A stretch of 64,000 nucleotides of DNA from Bigelowiella natans CCMP2755 (GCA_000320545.1 ADNK01000002.1:204028-268027); one strand, 5' to 3'; positions 1 to 14,128 are shown, counted from the stretch's first letter. The notes: generated from the letters alone by a model not told the origin. Made by a program: numbers and translations.

Positions 1-1775
1 TCTGAAGAAGAATAAGACAACGACGACGAATCACGGCTTTATGATGACGAGAACGCCCAACGAAAGAACATATGACGATGACGATGACAGGATTATCGAT
101 TGGTCGGTGCGTGGCAGCAATTGGAACAATTTGAGGACAATGTCAGATGAAGGTGCGAAAATATAATCTTCCTCTTTGTCCTGTTCCTCCCCCCCCTCCT
201 CCTCCTCCTCCTCGTTACCCTGCATTTGCGGCGTCGATAAGTACTTGTACGTCTCCTGCTCTCGTTGGATGATTGTTGGCATTTTCGACCCATGATGATA
301 TGGGAAAAGAACAAAAAAGAACAAAAACAGTAGAATCAGCCATCTTCACACTCCGCTTGGAAGAGGAGGATGTTTGAGGAGGAAGTGGATACTATGCTGT
401 CGTCGTTGTTTTCTCCTATAATATCATGGCCAACTCCTACCTTTCATTCTAGTCATAAGCCATTGCTCCCATACTTCAAATGCACGATTTACTTTTATCT
501 TCACCTGCAAGTAGCAGTTGTAGTGGTGGTGGTGGTGGTGGTGGCAGTTGTGAGGTCGGAAAAGAACCGACATAAATAATGTTGGGACACACAAACTCAC
601 TATCAACTCTACTTCGATGCTGCTGTTGCCTACTATAACTACTACTAAGATTCAAGCTAATATTCTTAGGTAGTTCTTGTTGCGTGTGGCCAATAGTTTT
701 CTCTCATATCTTTCCTGACATTCTTCTTGCAGAGCGTCTTCTGATGCTCGACGATCTTTGCCAAGAACCGCTTTCTCTGCTTTTCGTCCAGCTGGGGGGG
801 GGGGGGGGGGGCGGAGGGCAACAAGAAACAATCATGATAGCGATGGAGAGGCCGATGAGCTTAAAAATACAAAGAAAAGCTTCATCTGCTTAAGGAATTG
901 AAGCGATATTTTCTCTCGTGGCGTTGCAGCATAGCAACCCCACAAGACAGAACTCTTACTTCGTCTATCAATCTTGATTCTGGGTCATTATATATATTCA
1001 ATCACTGCTTTGTTTTCACTGAGAGGAAACCTCGTCTCTCGTGTGCACTAGCGAATACGGAATAAGTATCGATTTGAGCTGCCTCTTCGTCGTCGTTCTA
1101 AAATGCAGGTTGTTGTTACCTTGAATTCCGGTATTACAATCTTGCCATCCCTGCTTTCACACTCCCCTATCTAATCAGCCACAAACAAACAGACAAACAA
1201 ACAAACACATACAAACTCATTGTGACTTTGCTCTCCAATCATTCGATAAATACATTTTACAGCAGTCGTTCTTAGTACCAAATTAGCCTTGAGATCATCG
1301 TGGACAGTATGGCCCCCATTGGTGCTGCTACTACTGCTGCACCACGCCTTCAGCTTTTCTTTGCATCGCTCATCGATGACGCTCACGTTTTTTACGATGT
1401 CATCCACGACCTGCATGCCCTTGTTCCAGTTATCAGCAGACCCGTTGTTGTTGTTGTTGTTGTTGTTACTGCTGCTGTTGTTGTCCTCCTTGCAACAGCA
1501 GAGTTCCAATAGGAAGCTATATTCTCTACTACCTAATCCACAAGGGAGGCCATGGGCGATGCTGCGAAGGTCAAAGGCTGTCGTAATGTCGTTGTGTCGG
1601 ACGCAGGAGCTTAGAAGCAGCTCAAAGTACCTTATAAGGAGTTAAAGAGCCGATGATTCCAAGTGTTAGATAGAGGAGCCGTGTGCATTGTAGACGAATG
1701 GAATGCTCATTGACTACTTGCGATAAGTTTTGGGATAATAATTCATCATATAACACACTTTGTGACACTAAAAGA

Positions 1776-1811
<36 letters not shown>

Positions 1812-3058
1812 CACACCCATCAAACAAAATTAATCAGGCTACCAACCGGCGTCTTATTTTTTGTTTTTTTTCAAGAGCGATGCGCAGCAGTCTGACTCCT
1901 TCGTCGAGACCGGACCTCGTGACATTATTGAGCACAAACTTTATCTGAATCAAGGCTGTGATCTTCTCACACTCATCCACACCGTACTCTGATACCATCT
2001 CCTGAGTGGTAGGTCATATAACAATAGCGCGCTCAGAAACGACGTAAATATCAACAATGAATTGATTGCCAAAATGAGGAGCATATAGCAACTCAAAGGA
2101 AAAGAAACAAATTCAAACATTAGACGATGATATCAGATAAAGCGAGTAACCAGTCCCAGTGTCGCAAATAACACGTATTCAGCGCCTACTACCATCCCTC
2201 TCCCTATTTGCTGTGATAATGCTGCGATTTTCAAGCGCAAAAGCTACCTTATAAACTTGGTTGTAGAAGTGTTCATGTTTGGCAGGATCAGTGAGAAGGA
2301 GGAGCACTCGCCGAAAGAGATTAACCGGAATAAAACGCCCTTTCTTCCAGTTGCTCTGAAAAACAAGAACCAAAAAATAAAAGTAAGGAGGAGAGAAATA
2401 TATAAAGGCTTAAGAGCTAGGCCAACTATCAGAGCGATTAGTGACTGCACTAATATTTGCTAGCACACACGCATGTCTATAAAATGTGCCAATTTGAAGG
2501 GAGGAGCAGCAAGATTGTGCGTCCTCGTTCTACTCTTTACAGGCAACGAAGAGACACAACAGATGGATTCAATCGATAATGCACGCACGAGACCGAACAC
2601 AACCTCTAAGATCCTCTCCGCTGGCTGATGATTCCGGAGCCACTCCTTATACTTAAAGAGTTCTTTGATGCACTAAAAGAAGTTTGGGAGGAAAATGAAA
2701 GATAATGACGTGAATGGATCTGATGCGATCTGCCTTCCGTCCATTATGTACGAAAGCTGGGGGCGCTATTCATTAACATGGTGTGCGGGATGGCGGGGTC
2801 GCTCAACCTTCCTTTATATTGTTTTTATGCTGGGAATACCGTTTCGATATCAGCATTCTTGATCGCCTCTACGAGCGCTTTACTGACCGTTCCCTTCGCC
2901 TCGTTGTATTCTCTTTTCGAAAGTCTGGTGATGCAAAAAGTAATAATATCATTTGTCAATGATAGAGGAAGAAGATGCGATGTCACCCTGCTGCTGGGAT
3001 AGTAGCTACCCAAACCTATAAGATACCTTACGAGACTGACGACTGGAGTAGTACTCAT
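1..3058 (-). CDS. Multi-exon hypothetical protein, probably alpha-helical; 3' end runs off the window
   Basis: Chain of minus-strand GT-AG-bounded coding segments: MSTTPVVSLVR|LSKREYNEAKGTVSKALVEAIKNADIET|CIKELFKYKEWLRNHQPAERILE, then RFIPVNLFRRVLLLLTDPAKHEHFYNQVYK, LYDELLSQNLSQVVNEHSIRLQCTRLLYLTLGIIGSL and MQVVDDIVKNVSVIDERCKEKLKAW. No family motif recognised. Start codon tentative. Confidence 0.5.
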
Positions 3059-3564
3059 TGATTTCGACTCAGCTGAGGATCCATTACCATTACCTGTGTG
3101 CGACAGGGAACAAGGGTTTTGCAAGCTAGAAAAGTCCTTCTCTCCCGGTTGTGTAGGGTGTTATATGGTGGCTTCGTACACAAACAGTATTAGCACGCAT
3201 CAGTCGGTGATTGTACCCAAGTTACTTCCGATGCTGTTAGACTCGCCACCGATACTCCCACTCATCTCCTTAGAGCGAAAAGACGCCGTGCCTTGTGGAC
3301 GGTGTCCTTCTTAGCTTGATGAGTGCTTTGTAGCGATTCGCACAGAACTAGATCTTCTGACTTGATTAAAAAAAACGATCCCTGCGTTACTTTTCGCCTG
3401 TGTACTTATGATTAGCAACTAACCGCGATCGAGCGAAGCGCTCCAATCTTTAGAATCGTGCTGAGGGTGATGTGTTCAACAGGGTGTAGGATCGGCGACC
3501 TGGCTTATCCCCATGTGGGGGATTATCAATCTGTCAGGAGTGTCCGAAGGTGTCCGAAGATTTA

Positions 3565-3754
3565 TGTCTCTTAGAAAGTCCAATGGGAAACATAGCTGCG
3601 ACATGCTTTAGTGCCTGAAAATTGAATAAAAAAGGAACCCAGATCCGACTGCCTTCGTGTCTCTTAGAAAGTCCAATGGGAAATTATAGCTGCGACATGC
3701 TTTAGTGCCTGAAAATTGAATAAAAAAGGAACCCAGATCCGACTGCCTTTCGTG
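3565..3754. repeat. Direct tandem duplication, 2 copies of about 93-95 bp, in a divergent promoter region
   Basis: TGTCTCTTAGAAAGTCCAATGGGAAA...CCCAGATCCGACTGCCTT(T)CGTG starts at 3565 and again at 3658, nearly identical. Confidence 0.95.
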
Positions 3755-3806
3755 CTCGCACCACAGAACGCCTACGACCTACGTGGCAGGAGGCACCAGC
3801 AGAGCT

Positions 3807-5885
3807 ATGTACACTGCTCTCCCCCAGAAAAGCGAGGAAGAAAGTAAATTGACTTCATCCGATTTGGAGGCTCCTGCTTCTGTGCAGCATGGTCACAGCA
3901 TGATGATTAATCCTGTGGATTACAAGCGAAGAGTGTCATCAGGGTGAGTCGCTGCTCAAGTCTTCGAATCTGCTAAGCTTCTATCTTTAACCTACTTTAC
4001 CGTATATGACAGGTCACAATATTTTGGTGATGAAGGCTTTGAATTTCCCGAGTTGCATATCTCCTTCCTCGACATGTCGTGTTCCGTCCAAGGTGTAGAC
4101 CACGAGACCAAGGAAACATTTGAAAAGACTATACTGCATGAGGTAAAAACTAGACTATTCATTCACGTTGCGTAAAGGCTTGCGACTTTGGTCGTCCTGA
4201 AAGCAAACACCCGTGTTGCATGAAGCTAGGAATATGATGCAAGCTCGAATTGAGATATAATAGAAATGGTTGTACACAATTCCGAAAGGTGTCCGGCAGC
4301 TTCGATCCTGGCGCAATGGCTGCGGTAGTTACTTCTTTCTTGCATGATTCCATAGAAAATTACATTTATATCATAGAAGTATATCCAAATTCCTACTTCT
4401 TTTTTTTAATCAATCCTTTTACCTCCACTAAAATAATATCTCCTTTCCCAAGAATAATTTGCAATGACATGTAATCATCATCCCTTCTTCTTAGATCATG
4501 GGCCCGTCTGGTAGTGGAAAGGTAAAATAACCTTAAGATGCAGCAGCAGCATGTCTACTTTTCCCACAAGATTATTTTGTCATGAGAAATTTAGATATTT
4601 CGTCTTTGGTAGCCGTCATCTTAAAGCGGAAGTTATTTTACATCCCAAAGTGCTCCTTCTGCGCTCATTTGTGCTTTTCTATGCTTATTTTGATCTAGAC
4701 TACGTTGATGGACTGTTTGGCTGGAAAAAAGACTCTTCAATACTCGGGGACTATAATGATCAATGGCCATGAGAGAGATTTATTCTTTCAGCGCGTAATT
4801 GGATATTGTCCTCAAGAAAACGAACTGAGCGCAAACCTGACTGTGAGGGAAAGTATCACTTTCTGCGCGAGATTGAAAGCAAACCATGACGACGAGACAC
4901 GCATCACGAAGACTGTCAACTGGGTATAGTAATATAAAGAAATTCCAAATATACAGAAGAAACAATCTATCTCACTCTCGTCACCATCACGAGCATAACA
5001 CCTCCATCTTCTACTACTTCTACTCCTACTCCTCCTCCTCCTCCTCCTCCTCCTCCTCCTCCTACTACTGCTCCTACTACTGCTAATCAGAGATCTAACA
5101 GATCGTTTTGATCATTACTACCAGTGTTAGTGCTAACACAATTTTCTGCAACAACTAACTACAGGTGTTAGATGCGTTATCATTGACAGACGTAGCAGAA
5201 CAGCGTATAGGAAATGCCGTCCAACGAGGCATAAGCGGCGGGCAGAAAAGACGTGTGTCCATAGGCAGGGCGTTGGTGGGAAAACCAGGAGTCTTATTTC
5301 TTGATGAACCCACTTCAGGACTTTCAGCTACTGATGCTCTCCTCGTGATGCAGTGCATACGCAAGATATCGAAGCGATACAAAATGACTGTCATTGCGGT
5401 GAGTGCTAGTAGCTAGCTGCTGCACAATTTTTATTTCACCCCCAAAAAGAAAGTTTCCATGCTATTTTAGTACTATTTTACAAACAAAAGCCTCTGATCT
5501 TCCTATGTGCAAAGCCACACCTTTCCTACTTGTTTAAAAGGAAGCAATCGATGTTGTTGATGAGAATCATACTACTACATTTCTACATCTAGGTTATCCA
5601 CCAGCCTCGCAATGCTGTTTTTGAGGAATTCGATGACCTGATCCTTCTTACGGGTGGTCGTTGTGCCTACAATGGAAATGCTAAGGGTTAAAAGCCACCA
5701 TAATTACACGCTAGTCTTGTGATTGTATTGGTGTTACTGATAGTAATGGTGGTGGTGATGGTGGGACTTACAGATGCTATGGCTTATTTCGAGAAAATCA
5801 ACCCATCATTCGCGTGTCCAGCATATACAAACCCTGCCGATCATTTCTTGGACCTTATTACAACAACTTCACAACATCTTTCTGC

Positions 5886-5923
<38 letters not shown>

Positions 5924-7734
5924 CTGCAGCTAAAAAGTCTGGCAGCACTCCGAGCACAGTCATCGTCAATTATTTCGAAAGTAACGTTAAGACCAAAGTT
6001 ATTACTGAAGCAAAGTCAATACCAAAGGTAGTAGATTTTAACTACGAAGTGGAAGAGACAAGAGATAACAAATCTTTCGCTGTTCGTCACATCTCGTCAT
6101 GGCGATTCCAATTTCATTGACTTTGAGTATGAACATCATTGTAGGGTGTAAACGTAAGGAGCACGATCTCCTACAGACCTAGTAGCATTGCCACTGCACC
6201 TTTTACCAAACAAATGCGAGAGTTGCTTCTTCGTGAGCTGAAGCTCAATTTCCGTGATCCCCAGAAGATCATGGCCAAAGCTGCTAATGCAGTCGTGATG
6301 GCGCTGCTAGTCGGTGCCATGTATTTCCATGTTGACCAAGAATACGTTCCGCCTTTCGGTAGTAAGAAAATGCTGGAAAATGTTCAGATATTTTATCGTT
6401 ATTGCTAGCCTCGCAATACGAGTGCTAATGATTCGCTTTGATACTAGTATTGCTATCATTGTTATCCGTCACCAACATCATAACATTCATCCATTCAATC
6501 TCTCTTTTCTTCTATCTCTCCATTCTCGTGGTTATCGTGGTGGCAACACCATACAGCCTATATAGCTCTTGCAATAACAAGTATGAGCGCAATGGTCTCT
6601 TTGCCCTCGTTCTTCGCCGACAGGTTGTTGTTGCTGTTGTTGTTGCTGTTTCGTAGTAGTTGTAGTCTGTATCAGATGTTTTCGTGTTGGTGGAGGATGC
6701 TTATTTGTTTGTTTGCCAGAGAATTGCAGCAGCACAAGTGCTACAGAAGTAGTACAAGGGTTAGGGATGGTAACAGGGGCGCAATGATATCATCCTTATA
6801 CTCAATAACATTCATTATCAACATTAATTGCATGTGATCAGACTGATGCTAAATCTGGAGAGAACAGATCGGTTATATACAACGCTCCCTTACTACATCG
6901 TTAACAGTGGTGTCGGACTGCTGGTGTCCATAATGGCAAACGCCGTCTTCGGAACTATCGTAACGCATACACTTAACCTAAGAATGAGTGGCAAACGCCA
7001 AACAGATCAAGTTTTCTTGCCGCTTCAGCGATTTGATGTTTGTTCCTTCTTACACAGGTGTGGGGAATGGTCGGCATTGGATGGCAATATTACTTTAAGT
7101 TCTTTCTCATCACGTTTATCATATTTTTCGCGACGGATGGATTAATTGTACTAATCTCGGCGTGTTGTCGTACATTGGAGCAAGCAATGGCTACATTCAA
7201 CATGACGATAGGTAGCAAGTGGTGATTGGGGGTGTTTTGGGATACAAATTGGGTGCTGGGATTGATATTTTAAGTGAAGAAGGTTGAGATTGGAAGATTA
7301 GTTGTGCAACAATTTCTGAACGATGAGGGAAACATTTTGTAATAGGATGTCCTCATAATTGCACAAAACAACGATAAAGGAATCATCATAATTGTGCAGA
7401 ATTCATTGACAGCCTCTGATTCTTCACTCACCAATATTCCTTTCTATCATCATAATCAGGAATTTTCTTATTATTCAATGGCTTCAGCGCAAATACTAAA
7501 ACCACACCTCCATGGCTTAGTTGGATATGCTACATGTCTCCACTGTATTATTCCATGGAAATGTTTCTGGACGCTCTCTACGAAAACAGTCCGCTTTGGG
7601 TATCAACAGGGCAGCTCTTTGGAATGAGAAAGCACGTTTTTTGGACTGATTTTTTCATATGTCTGAGCATCGGTTGCGCTGGTAGATTTTTGGCCTTTTT
7701 TGCAATGAAGCATCTCAATAAAATTGAACGTTGA
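3807..7734 (+). CDS. ABC transporter subfamily G (White/WBC-type) half transporter, multi-exon
   Basis: Spliced exons give Walker [10 protein letters not shown]|[10 protein letters not shown]-loop GYCPQENEL, signature [13 protein letters not shown], Walker [12 protein letters not shown]-loop VIHQPR and NPADHFLD. An ABC2-type TM domain follows ([10 protein letters not shown]...LERTDRLY...[16 protein letters not shown]), ending KIER-TGA at 7734. Confidence 0.93.
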
Positions 7735-8466
7735 GTTTATCCTATTTTATAAGTGTACGGGTCATGGATTATAAGCATGATTCCAAACATCTAGATATAG
7801 TATATCAAACACGGATGAGATACACCGTCGATGAATAAGTATGTCTCGATGTCGGTATAGATAATATAAAATATGCGAAAGGCTCATATGTACTGGGCGC
7901 ACATATACAAGCATAAACTTGCGATGCAGTCAACGGCGACCTGGGCGCAGACTGTGATTAAGTGATTAATTGAAATAGCGAACATGTCAAGGTGTATAGC
8001 TAGCTGCAGCGTAGCCCACGCTAATTGTAACCGAAGAATAGAGGATTCACAGTTCTAGATCTAGTGCGAGAAGCCGTGGCACTGTCTAGACACCATTGTT
8101 TATCATGCAAACACAGCAAAGGCTTCCCAATCACAATGCCGCCCTTAGCATCAACTTCCATGGCGAAATGCCAATTTGTGCTGCTAGAATAATGATGAGG
8201 GCAATCTGCGGGTCTAGCACGCACACCCTCGCCCCTACCGTGCATTAGTGCCAAATTGTATTTTATTTGCGGATGTGAGCGAGAGCTTGGAATTTCGTTT
8301 GTGACTCTTCTAATGACTAAAAGCCCATCAAGTGTGCTATGCAGAGATGCGTACGCGAAAATCCATGGATGAAAATTCCAAGGGAAGTAGATGTGAGTTT
8401 GTAATAAGAATCAATATTCGGTGCGTGCAGCAAGGTATCGCTAGCTGTTTTAAGAAGCTTTACATT

Positions 8467-9336
8467 TCATGCCATTGGCCCGACTACTCCTTCTCCAGCA
8501 GGATCTTCTTCTTGTGGTTCTATTGCTGCTATTATTGGGACAGGAGGAGCAGGGTCATCGTCGTCTAAAATTGGAACTCTTCGAATTTCTAGTGCTTGTC
8601 GGTGCTCTTGCAACAACGCGCATGGGTAGCAACAAAGATGTACAAGGACATCCTCAATTAAACTTCCATTAATATTTAGATATTTTCTTATCTTTAAACG
8701 CTGTCGTACGCGCTGGGGGACCGAAAATGGTATCGGTATTATCAACGGCCAAATACATGATAGCCAGAGCAACGAGAGCGCGTCTGTCCCGACATGCGTG
8801 CAAGCTGCTTCCCACCAACTTTCTTCTCTCCCTTGATGAACCATTGCCACGTTGTCGGCAAAGAGAAGGGCTGGGCATACGCAACCATAACAACATGTCA
8901 GAGGGTCCTGGTAGAAATCTGCGAGACCGCTATTCCAGTTTCTTCTTTCTCGCGATGAAGATGGTGGTGATGATGATGATGATGCAGCATTGACCATGTA
9001 GCCATTATCAATATCAAGATCCTCGATATCGCACCCACTGCCTTGGCCGCTAGGCCATTCTTTTAGCCGTGATAATGAATCTTTGCTGAATTCATAATCA
9101 TGTTCCTTAGAGGTAACTTGAGTATTAAGATATGGAGGACTACTGCTGCTGCTGCTGCTGCTGCCTGAATTTTGGTTGGAGCGATGGTGCTTCAAAGGAG
9201 AATTCGATAGGTTGAATCCTATTTTCTCCTCTTCCTCTTCATCATGTTCATCTTCCGCCAAAAGAGGCTGCTCCTGACGGAGACTCCTCTTGGAACGAAT
9301 ACCAAGAGAATTTATTGAAACGTTGTTGTTATTCAT
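8467..9336 (-). CDS. PLAC8 / plant cadmium resistance (PCR)-family Cys-rich membrane protein, single exon
   Basis: WNSGLADFYQDPLTCCYGCVCPALLF...RLKIRKYLNINGSLIEDVLVHLCCYPCALLQEHRQ matches the PLAC8 consensus; low-complexity N-terminus. Confidence 0.9.
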   Translation of the reverse strand: MNNNNVSINSLGIRSKRSLRQEQPLLAEDEHDEEEEEKIGFNLSNSPLKHHRSNQNSGSSSSSSSSPPYLNTQVTSKEHDYEFSKDSLSRLKEWPSGQGSGCDIEDLDIDNGYMVNAASSSSSPPSSSRERRNWNSGLADFYQDPLTCCYGCVCPALLFADNVAMVHQGREESWWEAACTHVGTDALSLLWLSCIWPLIIPIPFSVPQRVRQRLKIRKYLNINGSLIEDVLVHLCCYPCALLQEHRQALEIRRVPILDDDDPAPPVPIIAAIEPQEEDPAGEGVVGPMA

Positions 9337-9870
9337 TGAGTAGGGCTCCTAACGTTGGCACTCATGCAGGAGCAGCTCGTCTTCTCCGTGATCAATAGGA
9401 AGCTGTATGAAGAGCTTGTGATGATAGTCTACAGATAAAGCGTAGGCGCTCCTACCTTGACTGTGCACAGCACCTAATGACATAAAGACGATTGTATCAG
9501 CGCATGGAAGAAAGCTAGGTTCGTATACCCCTCGGTTCTATATAACTATTGGGATCTCATGAAGTAATATGCACAAAGTTGTTAATGAACAGAACAGACC
9601 CCTCTGTCAATAGCAGTTCGAATCTTGACAAGACAGGAAGAGGGGGCTTGATGATGGAGGAAGTGCAGCAAAGCGCCTGAAGTGTTCTCCTTATCAGACC
9701 TACGACAAGCTTATTTACGTTGTCTCACAGTGTGAATCCCATACATTCTTCTATCATCTAGAAGGAATGTGAAGCATCATCACTGCGCCTCCTGGAACCG
9801 CTTCGTTCATTCATCCATCCCTCCTGTGGAACTGCTTCATTTATTCATTCATGCATGCGAGCAATGCTAC

Positions 9871-10685
9871 ATCGCGTGTGACCTGGTGACACTTTCATGC
9901 AAACGTGCACAGAAGAGCTGTGGAAGAAGAATGAGAAATTTGCGAACATCTCTGCAGGCAACCCACGTGACAGAGGGCGCTGGCTAGCTGGTCACCTGAC
10001 CCTCACCATGGACTCCTTTGACCCAAAGACTGAAAGAACCAAGTGCGCGAAGGAGCATCGGTTTCCCCAGCACTTCACTGGTTCACGCAAGGGTGCCAGG
10101 TGCTGCCTCCATTTGCTGCTCGCAGGGTCACCCACTGTGGTCTGACAGTGCACAGTCGATGCGTGGTTTTGCGTCTTGGAAGTTGCAACGTTGTGTTGCT
10201 GTTTTTGCTGGCAGTCACTCAGGTCGAGACGTGCTAGCGTGCCAGCGTGCACACGTGCACAACGAGCACGAGCAAGTCACGCAGTGGGAGTGTGATTGCT
10301 GAAATCTGAGCTCATGAGTCAAAAGAAGTCAAGTTGACAGTGCGATTGAAGTCTAGACTAGTTCCTACTTCCCCCCCTGCACGTGGACTGCCTCTCGAGC
10401 TCTCGCACAAGCATTTGGCCTGCCAGCCTAGCAGCTGCCGCCACCACTCTAGCACTGCATCATCTCAGTGCTTTGCCCAGTCGCACAAACAAGGTCGCAC
10501 GCTCCTTTCAGGTCATGAGCCTCATCAATTGCGATGCGGGATCGATGCATGAGCAAATGAACGAATGGCGCACGTGCTTGTTCAAGGGACAATTCTAGAA
10601 TTGACCGACTGCAGGTTGCATCGCAGTTCGCTGCACCTTGAGACATCTCTAGATCTAGACATCTAGACATGTGCTAGCTTGGCTA
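9871..10685 (+). pseudogene. TpA-depleted decayed coding/repeat remnant
   Basis: By eye 13 TA dinucleotides in about 815 bp, 12 inside CTAG. ORF 9897-10145 has no Tyr and is rich in His/Cys. Identity unknown. Confidence 0.5.
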
Positions 10686-11027
10686 GATAGCCTGGATGTC
10701 TGTTGCATTTGAGCAGCACTGCAGCTTGCTGGTCGCAGATTACCGCAACAGTGTTTACACATCCTCAAATTACATGCAACTTCTCACATGCAGATTTGAG
10801 GCACACAGACAGGTCTAGAGATACATGTGCGCAGCAACGCAACTGTTGTCGATGCACACAAGCCACATGGCTCTGAGCTGTGCTACTGACATACTGAATA
10901 ATCGTTCTCGAATGAAATGATGTGTAGAATGTTATTTACAGAGAATGCCATGTCCAGGATATTGTTCGCACCCGAATAAAGATTCTATGCTGATGCAAAT
11001 TCTAGATCCGATGATGGCTATCGTCAT

Positions 11028-13814
11028 CTACATGATATCCGAACGCGTATCGCCAACGACGACATCATCATAATCATCATTATCATTATCTATGTGACTG
11101 ACTCGTCGGAGCATTCTTATTTCCTTTCTACTCGACGAGTGGGGATTTGGACCTAGAAACCTAGATAGTTTCCTTCGTACAGCCTGTAGAATTGGACTGT
11201 TCTTGTGATTATCGATCAGTGAGAGTAAGATCGCAATAGACAACACCCCGTAAAACATTGCCGTGATAATAATGATGAAGTTTGCAATACTGTTGCTGAC
11301 CGAGCTTGAGGACACTTGCTCCAAAAACAATCCTAAAAACAGAAAAGAACTAGCTTCAAAACTTAAAATTGCAAAGCACCCATTTATTATTTGCTAACTC
11401 AAGCTCGATTCTCACTCATTTCTTAGAGTATATCATTCGTTTTCGTGTATGTGTTTGTGTGTGTTTGAGCATGTATAACCCTACTAGATTAGCAACAGGC
11501 ACAACCACTACTACCACGACTATTACTACTACTACTGCTACTACAACTACTACAACTTACCAGCGACAACGATAGAGAATGAGATAAGGAGGGAAGTAAA
11601 CTCCGCCGAGTTCGCTACGAAGTCTTGAAAAGGATTACACCGCAGCTGCAGCATCATGCACACTGTAATCAGTAGTACAGAAAGGAGAAACTTGAACTTT
11701 TGGTTCACAAATACAGAGATGACGACTACAGCGATCTTCCGTGCAAACACGATGATCTCGAAGTAGTAAAACTCCGGCTTGTAACCATTGTACAGTAAGT
11801 AAAGCGGCATTGCCCTTCGCTGACGTTGAAACTTTTCTTTTTGGGTCAAATCTAGTCGATGACGCATGAAAACAGGGAGATTCATCTTATGCTTCAGAAG
11901 CATCGTCAGGCAGAAAATCGGAAACCCAAGTACGTAAACAATAAGCATTGGTATACCAAGTACCATCATGTAGCTCAACTGAGTTCCCTCGTAACACCTT
12001 TGACTCATGTCAGACACCAACACGACACTACTTTCATCCGAAGATGAAATTTGTTCGCAGTTGAATAGCTCGAAAGACCGAATCACCAATGCAGGATATA
12101 CAGCAAACATGCAAGTCAAAGCGATCGTGAAGAAGCGAGATCTCCAAAGAACGTGAGGAGGTAATGATGAAGATGATGATAACGATGAAGTAGTGTCAGC
12201 AGTAGAGCCATCGTCGTTAAAGACAAGATGGTGCTTGCTATCTGAATGCTGCTGCTGCTGCTTTGGGTGATGGTTGATGGATTTTGATGATGACGATGAA
12301 GGTAACTCAAGGGCCCTTGAATAGCGAACCTTACTGCTATGAATATCTTGGTTGCTTTCACCATCTCCATTACGTACAACCTCTTCGTTGTCGTAGTTAT
12401 AGTAGCTTTCGATGCCGTCCTCATATTCATCATTCTGGCACAGACCGCAGCACTTGGACACCATTCTTTTGACCCAACTACAGAACTGCGAAAAGGTAGT
12501 AAAGCGACAATTCTTCGACTTGTTGCTGCTGTCCCTAAACTGCAGTATCGTCGCTAGCAATGAAGCAAAGAAGGGAACGAAAACTGGCACACATGCCAAT
12601 ACAAAACTCATGCAGTAAATCGGCCGAATACTTATATTGGCGCTTTGTAATGCACAATCGAAGTTAGGAATGGATAAAGGGACGCCGACAACAGATTGAC
12701 CGCTCATGAATGTACGAAGAGAGGAAGAGCTTTCCACAATTACTTGAAATCCTCCAATAATACTGTTAAATTGAAGTGCATTGAAGCCTATTTTCACCAG
12801 TTTGGAGGGCCTAGTTGGTTGATGGATGATGATGATGATGATAGGGGGGTTAATACCATAAACAACGATGATATTACTACTCTATCTATCAATGATTATT
12901 GTTATCATTATCATCATTTGTTTATTTCCATTGCATTGGTTGCTGCTATTTAATTGCTACACATGTAGATAAATCTTAGAGTGCCATATTGCAGATACCT
13001 TCCGCTGTTCCTGTTTTTACGCTGCCGTTGCTTCCCCATTTTCAATGGAGAACTTACACCTAGATTCACCTCAGCCGCTGCATATTTTTTGTCATCATCA
13101 TTGCCCTCTCCCTTAGCATCATCATCGTGATTGTCATCTATTATTTCATGTTCTCTTTGCTGTTCCCCGGTAGTAGCAGCAGCCTCAGCAATGGCCTCTT
13201 CCGAATCCTTGATGTTAACATGTGCTAGAAACGAGATGGCGAGGAATATCCCAATCCAGGCCGCAATCAACTGAGTAGTAAATATGATGAAGAAGAAGAA
13301 GAAAAGCAAGCCCATGATCATGATGTTGATGGCTACGAACAATAGTAGAATAGGGAGGACGCTGCTGCTGCTGCTGGTCTCAAACAAGCAACCACCTGCA
13401 CTATAATGATTGAGTTGGCACCACATTTCTCACAACCATACGTTCCAAAACGTCCGTTCCCAGTAGAGCACTCAGTACAGAGAACCTGGATAATGAAGAA
13501 GACAAATGGAAATAATAAGATTGTTGATATTAACACAGAAGCAATTCATATAATAATAATAATAATAATAATAGTACTAATAATAATAATAATAAATAAT
13601 AATAACAACGTCATATTCTCGTCGGATGATGGTAGCAATATATCCTGAGTACCAGCTAAAATGTCTAAAACTATTTATAATTTTGCCTAAAGCACAACAT
13701 AATACTACATACAAAGCACATAATAATACCCCTGAATAGCCTGCTGCACACTCGTCGCGCGATCCTATACAGGCATTGTTCCTACAAAGAACCAGTGATA
13801 AATATAATTCTTGT

Positions 13815-13849
<35 letters not shown>

Positions 13850-14078
13850 ACCACGATGATATGATGATGCAGTATAGATGTTCCTCGCTCTCCTATGCAC
13901 TATTTTTATTACAATCGCTATTATCAGTAGTTCTTGCTGTTACCGAAACAGTAGTAGTAGTAGTAGTAGTAGTAGTAGTTGGTAAGATAAACACACACAA
14001 CACAATACCTGCAACGATCAAATCTCAACTCGCTACTCGACCACTTGTCCAGCCAATATCCCTGAATCAACGGGTAGT

Positions 14079-14128
<50 letters not shown>

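Noticed and set aside
9871-10685. Classical RIP or CpG-methylation decay as the cause of the CA/TG excess
   Set aside because: RIP would increase TpA and CpG decay would remove CpG; here TpA is missing and CpG remains frequent.
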